Shown one piece after another: positions 59,399 to 64,000 of a stretch of 64,000 nt of DNA. The first letter of the stretch is position 1, and the number at the start of each line of letters is the position of its first letter. This DNA is from Candidatus Thorarchaeota archaeon (GTDB taxonomy: Archaea; Asgardarchaeota; Thorarchaeia; Thorarchaeales; Thorarchaeaceae): the NCBI GenBank assembly GCA_016933575.1, contig JAFGAR010000064.1:1-64000 (forward strand), read 5' to 3'. The position numbers and the translations under genes were made by a program. The notes under the pieces were generated by a model. It made no database searches. It was not told the DNA's origin and saw only the letters and a list, made by a program, of their open reading frames with translations.

Positions 59399-60601
59399 AT
59401 GGATAGTAGCTTCTTTGATGTTGCAGTAGTTGGCGCTGGACCAGCTGGTTCTTCTGCTGCGGCAATTCTATCTAGAAAAGGTTTCAAGGTTGCATTGTTT
59501 GATAGACGAGCAAAGATAGGCGTACCAGTACAATGCGGTGAACTTCTCCCGACTCCATCTGAGATTAGGGACATTTTTCCTCGATCCAAATATATACCGA
59601 AACTAGTAGATGTACGGTCTGAATTCGTGACAAACAGAACTTCTCAAATTATGCTAATTTCGCCTGATGGACATGGCGTTGAATTCGATTTCAAAACCAA
59701 CATTATCGACCGTGCAAAGTACGATTCATATCTTGTTGAGCAGGCTTGCAATGCGAGTTGCGAGTTACATCTCTCATCCCTAGTAACCGGTCGTTCTTCA
59801 GCGAATAGACTCTCAGTCAAGACACAATCTGGGAGTAAAGAGATGCAGTCGACAATAGTTGTAGGTGCAGATGGACCCAACTCTCTCATTTCAAAGACCA
59901 TTGACAACAATTATGCTGATATCGACAGAGACCTGAGCCTATCACTAAATTATGTCATGAGAGGCGTAGACTGCGATGAAGAAAAGGTTCTGATGTTCTT
60001 TGGCAGAAATATCGCTCCGGGTGGATACTTCTGGATTATCCCAAAGGGTGATTCGCTAGCAAATGTAGGATTCGGTCTTAGGAGGTCTCTCTCAGCTCCC
60101 CATGTATCTCTAACAAGTCACATGAAGCATTTCATTACCAAGAATGCAATTGCCGCTCCAATGTTAAGAAATGCTAAGATTCAATCAAGAGTGGGAGCAT
60201 TGATTCCAGTAGCAGGTTCCGTTGATCGTTCATATTCTGATAGTGTAGTACTCGTTGGAGATGCAGCAGGTCATGTGATGCCATCAAATGGTGGAGGCAT
60301 TCCACAAGCACTTGGCGATGGATATATTGCTGGTCACGTGATCTCATCACACTTTGAGAAAGGAACAGAGCTTAGCTTCTATGAGAAGATATGGCGAAAT
60401 GAGTTTGGAAGACAGCTTGATGTAGCTCTTTCGGTCCTCAGGATTGCTGATAGTGTAATGGTATCTGACCCATTGACAAATGTCTGTATGAGACTCGCAG
60501 GAAGACAATTCTTAGAACCTCTCATCCGTTGCAGACTTCCTATTCCCGTGGAGTTTATTTCCAAGACTTTTGTGCGAGCCTTCAATGCATTGATGAATTG
60601 A
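59399..60601 (+). CDS. Geranylgeranyl reductase family (digeranylgeranylglycerophospholipid reductase-like)
   Basis: GAGPAG, CGE, DRAKYD, GADG, PGGYFWIIPKG, GDAAG..P..GGGI. Confidence 0.9.
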   Translation: MDSSFFDVAVVGAGPAGSSAAAILSRKGFKVALFDRRAKIGVPVQCGELLPTPSEIRDIFPRSKYIPKLVDVRSEFVTNRTSQIMLISPDGHGVEFDFKTNIIDRAKYDSYLVEQACNASCELHLSSLVTGRSSANRLSVKTQSGSKEMQSTIVVGADGPNSLISKTIDNNYADIDRDLSLSLNYVMRGVDCDEEKVLMFFGRNIAPGGYFWIIPKGDSLANVGFGLRRSLSAPHVSLTSHMKHFITKNAIAAPMLRNAKIQSRVGALIPVAGSVDRSYSDSVVLVGDAAGHVMPSNGGGIPQALGDGYIAGHVISSHFEKGTELSFYEKIWRNEFGRQLDVALSVLRIADSVMVSDPLTNVCMRLAGRQFLEPLIRCRLPIPVEFISKTFVRAFNALMN

Positions 60602-60641
60602 TGCTATTCACATATCGCTTAAATGCTACCTTTCAAGTTCG

Positions 60642-61256
60642 ATGTGCATGAATGATATTGATCCTTCATACTACAAAGGTATGGAGCTTATATTTCAAGG
60701 TCGATTTGAAGAGGCTGAGCCCCTTCTGCTTGAGGCTTTGAAGACTGATCAAGACAATGCAGAGCTACTTTGTGATCTTGGACTTATTTATGAGAATCTT
60801 TCAAGATGGGATGCGGCTGAAACGACCTTCAGAACAGCTACAGAGAAGGCACCCGATAGCCTACAGGCTTGGATTAAATATGGCCGAGTGTTAGATAGAC
60901 AGAAGAAACATAATGACGCAGAGGCTGCATACAAAAAAGCATTAGACCTTGACCCTGAAAATTCCTTTGTTTGGCTCGATCTTGGATATTGCTTCTATAA
61001 ACAGAAGATGTTTCCTGAGGCAGAACAGGCTTACATGAAGGCTCAGCGTCTTTATCCTGAAGATATTAACACCTATTTTCTACTGGCTCAGACTCAATTT
61101 GAACAAGAGCATTATGATGAAGCTGAGAAAAATATCCGGAAAGTAGTGAGTGAAGAACCAGACTTCAAAGAAGGTTGGTGTCTTCTTGGGGATATTCTTG
61201 AGAAGCTTGGACGCATTGATGAGTCAAAAGATGCGAGATCCAAAGGCGCTGATTAA
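60642..61256 (+). CDS. TPR repeat protein
   Basis: Five to six TPR units (W..LG, A..AY.KA..L.P). Confidence 0.9.
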   Translation: MCMNDIDPSYYKGMELIFQGRFEEAEPLLLEALKTDQDNAELLCDLGLIYENLSRWDAAETTFRTATEKAPDSLQAWIKYGRVLDRQKKHNDAEAAYKKALDLDPENSFVWLDLGYCFYKQKMFPEAEQAYMKAQRLYPEDINTYFLLAQTQFEQEHYDEAEKNIRKVVSEEPDFKEGWCLLGDILEKLGRIDESKDARSKGAD

Positions 61257-61270
61257 CAACAGACCTTAGC

Positions 61271-62326
61271 CTAGAAGTCTCTATCACACGCATGGTCAGC
61301 TAGTGCGCAGAGAAGATCTTCATTCAGAAAACCTTTGTTCCTAATAGTTTCTTTTGCCTTGGCCGCATATTCATATGCGAGAGAATCAGCATGTTCTATG
61401 GAGTCCGATCTTTTAATCAAATCTAATGCGAAATCAATCTCGCCATTTTTAAGTAGTTCAATGGAGTGTTTTGCTTCCTCTTCTGAACTTGACTCTAGAG
61501 CATGTACAAGTACGTAGTTTGTCTTGTTACCCTTGAGATCTGAGAGAACTGACTTTCCTACTGAGTTTTCACTAGCGACTACATCTAAGATATCATCCTT
61601 GATCTGAAATGCATATCCCATTTGCTCACCAAATATCTCAAGAATGCTACTCTGCTCTTCTGAGGCTTTTCCAATCATTGCACCAACTTTCGCAGCTGCT
61701 CTCATAAAAGAAACCGTTTTTCTACGAACTACATCGAAATAGCTCTTAGTAGTGAATTGGTTAGAGGTTATAAGATACATTAGAATATCTGAAGCCTCTC
61801 CCTCACACATTTGAATCCCTGCTGCTGCTACGATATTCATTAATTCCAATGATGCATGATCGCTTACAAGTTTCATGGCTCTAGCTATCAGCAGGTCTCC
61901 AGCAATGATTGCCATTCTACTTCCAAATTTGCGGTGAGTACTTTCTACTCCTCTACGTATTGCATCATCATCTATGACATCATCATGAATAAGACTCGCA
62001 GTCTGAACAAACTCAGTGGCAACAGCAAACGGCAGAGCTTCATTAAAACTACCCCCCACTGCTTCACAACTTAGTGTCGTGAGAAGAGACCTAACATGTT
62101 TTCCTCCTGCTTGAAGAAGATGCTGTGCAGTATCATATAGTATCTCTGGCTCTCCTCGCTCTGACTTGAAAACTCTGATAATCTCTTCATCAATGATTGC
62201 AAGTCGCTTGTGTAACTCCTTACTGGCACGGAGATCAATCTTTTGTCTTCGGAGTTGCCTTGATGAATTTTCATTATCATCTAAAGCAGTTTCCAAGATG
62301 TCAATATCTTTGCGAGGGTCAGGCAT
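61271..62326 (-). CDS. trans-Isoprenyl diphosphate synthase
   Basis: GGK..R, HDDVIDDD..RRG (FARM), GD.L, KT, FQIKDDILD (SARM). Confidence 0.93.
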   Translation of the reverse strand: MPDPRKDIDILETALDDNENSSRQLRRQKIDLRASKELHKRLAIIDEEIIRVFKSERGEPEILYDTAQHLLQAGGKHVRSLLTTLSCEAVGGSFNEALPFAVATEFVQTASLIHDDVIDDDAIRRGVESTHRKFGSRMAIIAGDLLIARAMKLVSDHASLELMNIVAAAGIQMCEGEASDILMYLITSNQFTTKSYFDVVRRKTVSFMRAAAKVGAMIGKASEEQSSILEIFGEQMGYAFQIKDDILDVVASENSVGKSVLSDLKGNKTNYVLVHALESSSEEEAKHSIELLKNGEIDFALDLIKRSDSIEHADSLAYEYAAKAKETIRNKGFLNEDLLCALADHACDRDF

Positions 62327-62435
62327 CTATAGAATCACCAAATCGCGCTTCAGATGAATTACATTTTCCTGCTGAAATATACCTTAAAGCAATTACTTTC
62401 TGACAAATGGCGTCGTACCCCAATGACGAGGAGTC

Positions 62436-63659
62436 CTATTCGTAAATCTCCTCAAGTCCATCCCAAGTTAATCCCATTGCTTCTGCAACAAGGACCGCTA
62501 GGTCTTTGACAGTCTTGTTGCATCCCGCCTGTGGTAATTGATCTTTCATGTATTCCACACACGAAGGACATCCAGAAGCAACAACATCCGCTTGGGTCCT
62601 CTCTATATCCTGCGCTTTCAACTTCCCAATATCTGCGGCAAATTCGTGATCAAAAGCCCGAAGGACACCACCACTTCCACAGCAATAACAATTATCCTTG
62701 TTATGCGGCAGTTCTTCGAACTCAACGCCGGGTAGAGCGGCAATGATATCTCGTGGTTCATCATAGAAACCTGAGTTACGTCCAGCATCACATCCATCAT
62801 GATAAGTGAGTTTGATATTGAGGGGCTTTGTAAATTTGATCTTGTCCTGATCTATGAGTTCCTTTATGTACGAATATCCATAGACAACTTCGAAACCATG
62901 ATCAATATTCAGGAACTCTTTGTATTCATGAGCCCACATTTTGAAACAGCCCGGGCAATTTGTGATTATTCTCTTCACCCCAAGTTCCTTATATCTCTCG
63001 ATGTTATGTTCTGCTAGTGTACGTGCGCCTTCAAAATCGCCAGTCATAATCAACGGTGCTCCACAGCAATATTCCTCCTCGCCAAGGACTGTGTAATCCT
63101 CACCTATATTATCCATTATAAGCGTCGTTGCGATTGTTGCCTGAATTGACACACCTCTGTAAGATGATGAACATCCAAAGAAGAATGCAGTCTCTGCTGA
63201 TTTTCCTTGTCTATTGAGAAGGTCATCTTCATTCGGTGTCCAATAGGACCACCCTTCAATCCTATCCATCTGCGACTGACCCTGTATATTGCAGGTCTTG
63301 AGGAGGGTCTCTTTTGCAGTGTTCATTGACTCAGGCCACATACCACGTTTCATGAATTCTCCTCGAAGGACCTGGTAAATCTTGACGAAGGGTATGTCAG
63401 TCTGACAGATTTCCTCACAACCTCCGCAGAGCGTACAACCGAATATTGCATCCTTTAAGCCTTCTAATCCATCTGTTGGACTTATTCTCCCTTGTATCAG
63501 CCCTCGAGCAAGAAGCATCTTGCCTCTCCCAGAATAGCTATCTACACGCTTTACTTTGTATGTCGGACAGGCTCCATGTCCAATCTGGCAATAGCTACAT
63601 TGGGCACATATGTATGGAAATTCTTCGAGCCCATATTTCCGTAATGCTGGGAAGTCCAT
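62436..63659 (-). CDS. Fe-S/CCG-domain oxidoreductase subunit (HdrD/GlpC/GlcF-like)
   Basis: Two CxxCxxC ferredoxin motifs and two CCG domains (CCG..CPGC; HDGC..CCG..CPSC). Confidence 0.9.
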   Translation of the reverse strand: MDFPALRKYGLEEFPYICAQCSYCQIGHGACPTYKVKRVDSYSGRGKMLLARGLIQGRISPTDGLEGLKDAIFGCTLCGGCEEICQTDIPFVKIYQVLRGEFMKRGMWPESMNTAKETLLKTCNIQGQSQMDRIEGWSYWTPNEDDLLNRQGKSAETAFFFGCSSSYRGVSIQATIATTLIMDNIGEDYTVLGEEEYCCGAPLIMTGDFEGARTLAEHNIERYKELGVKRIITNCPGCFKMWAHEYKEFLNIDHGFEVVYGYSYIKELIDQDKIKFTKPLNIKLTYHDGCDAGRNSGFYDEPRDIIAALPGVEFEELPHNKDNCYCCGSGGVLRAFDHEFAADIGKLKAQDIERTQADVVASGCPSCVEYMKDQLPQAGCNKTVKDLAVLVAEAMGLTWDGLEEIYE

Positions 63660-63859
63660 TATATGTCACTCCGGAGATTGGATTTGAACGACTTTGCGTG
63701 CTGTCCAATTAGGGTCTGCGTTGCCTAGCCGCCTTAAAACCTTTCTACACGGTATTGAAATAATATCGCACAACGGTGTGCCTCGCTATGTTTTTATGCA
63801 ACTAGGCATTCCCGGCTCTCTAAAACCCTCCTTAGGTTCAAAGCCTGGAGAGACAATTC

Positions 63860-64000
63860 ATGGGGCTCAAACATAAACAGATTGATCAGCTCAAAGAGAT
63901 TTTTGGAGACCGTGTAGTCACGGCTAAACATGAGCTATTTCTTCAATCCATGGATGTGGGTTCTCTTCCAAAGCAGGTTGGCTGGTTGATGAATCTCAAA
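63860..64000 (+). CDS. Partial N-terminus, probably FAD-binding (GlcD/LldD-like) oxidoreductase
   Basis: MGLKHKQIDQLKEIFGDRVVT...ELFLQSMDVG, runs off the window; GGAG RBS. Confidence 0.5.
   Translation, partial: MGLKHKQIDQLKEIFGDRVVTAKHELFLQSMDVGSLPKQVGWLMNLK

Noticed and set aside
10330-63876. Numerous short antisense or overlapping ORFs in the track (e.g. 18789-19283, 44828-45442, 56456-56893)
   Set aside because: They are shadows of well-supported genes on the other strand or frame, with no recognisable motifs.
1-64000. tRNA, rRNA, IS elements or proviral genes
   Set aside because: None recognised by eye; tRNAscan-SE and Infernal would be needed to exclude small RNAs.

Overview
Archaeal chromosomal DNA of roughly 40% GC. 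Geranylgeranyl reductase, archaeal-type CoaD, TATA-like promoters and many secreted proteins with C-terminal TM+RRR anchors point to an archaeon. The repertoire resembles Asgard/Thorarchaeia, but this is inference only. The first ~10 kb is the most interesting part: a head-to-tail, all plus-strand array of two-gene modules. Each module is an N-terminally truncated, hypervariable multi-TM 'C-terminal tip' ORF followed closely by a small membrane 'partner' gene. Tips begin with a GC-rich junction repeat of up to ~120 bp (MNDMRLHxVNLYADQETLVPEPE; copies at 5938, 7373, 8651 and 9521, a diverged copy at 4043, a relic of adjacent stalk sequence at 1544). They share YWxGWWPxLH and DL(L/I)G motifs. 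Several tips have decayed while their partners stay intact, and a hicBA module sits inside the array. The layout mirrors orphan toxin/immunity cassette arrays of polymorphic toxin or kin-recognition systems, but with membrane-embedded domains I do not recognise. The remaining ~54 kb is mostly housekeeping and envelope genes. It includes MFS and ABC transporters, an MGMT-family protein, USP, a RACo-like ASKHA protein, CoaD, an M28 peptidase, ferritin, a SpoIIM-domain giant membrane protein and two paralogous ~2000-aa Trp/Tyr-rich surface proteins. It also holds beta-helix and GIFT/DUF4350 surface proteins, MutL, MutS, tal-rpe, a PerR/catalase divergon, GGR, a prenyl synthase and an Fe-S/CCG oxidoreductase. 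All calls come from reading motifs by eye; no database searches were run.
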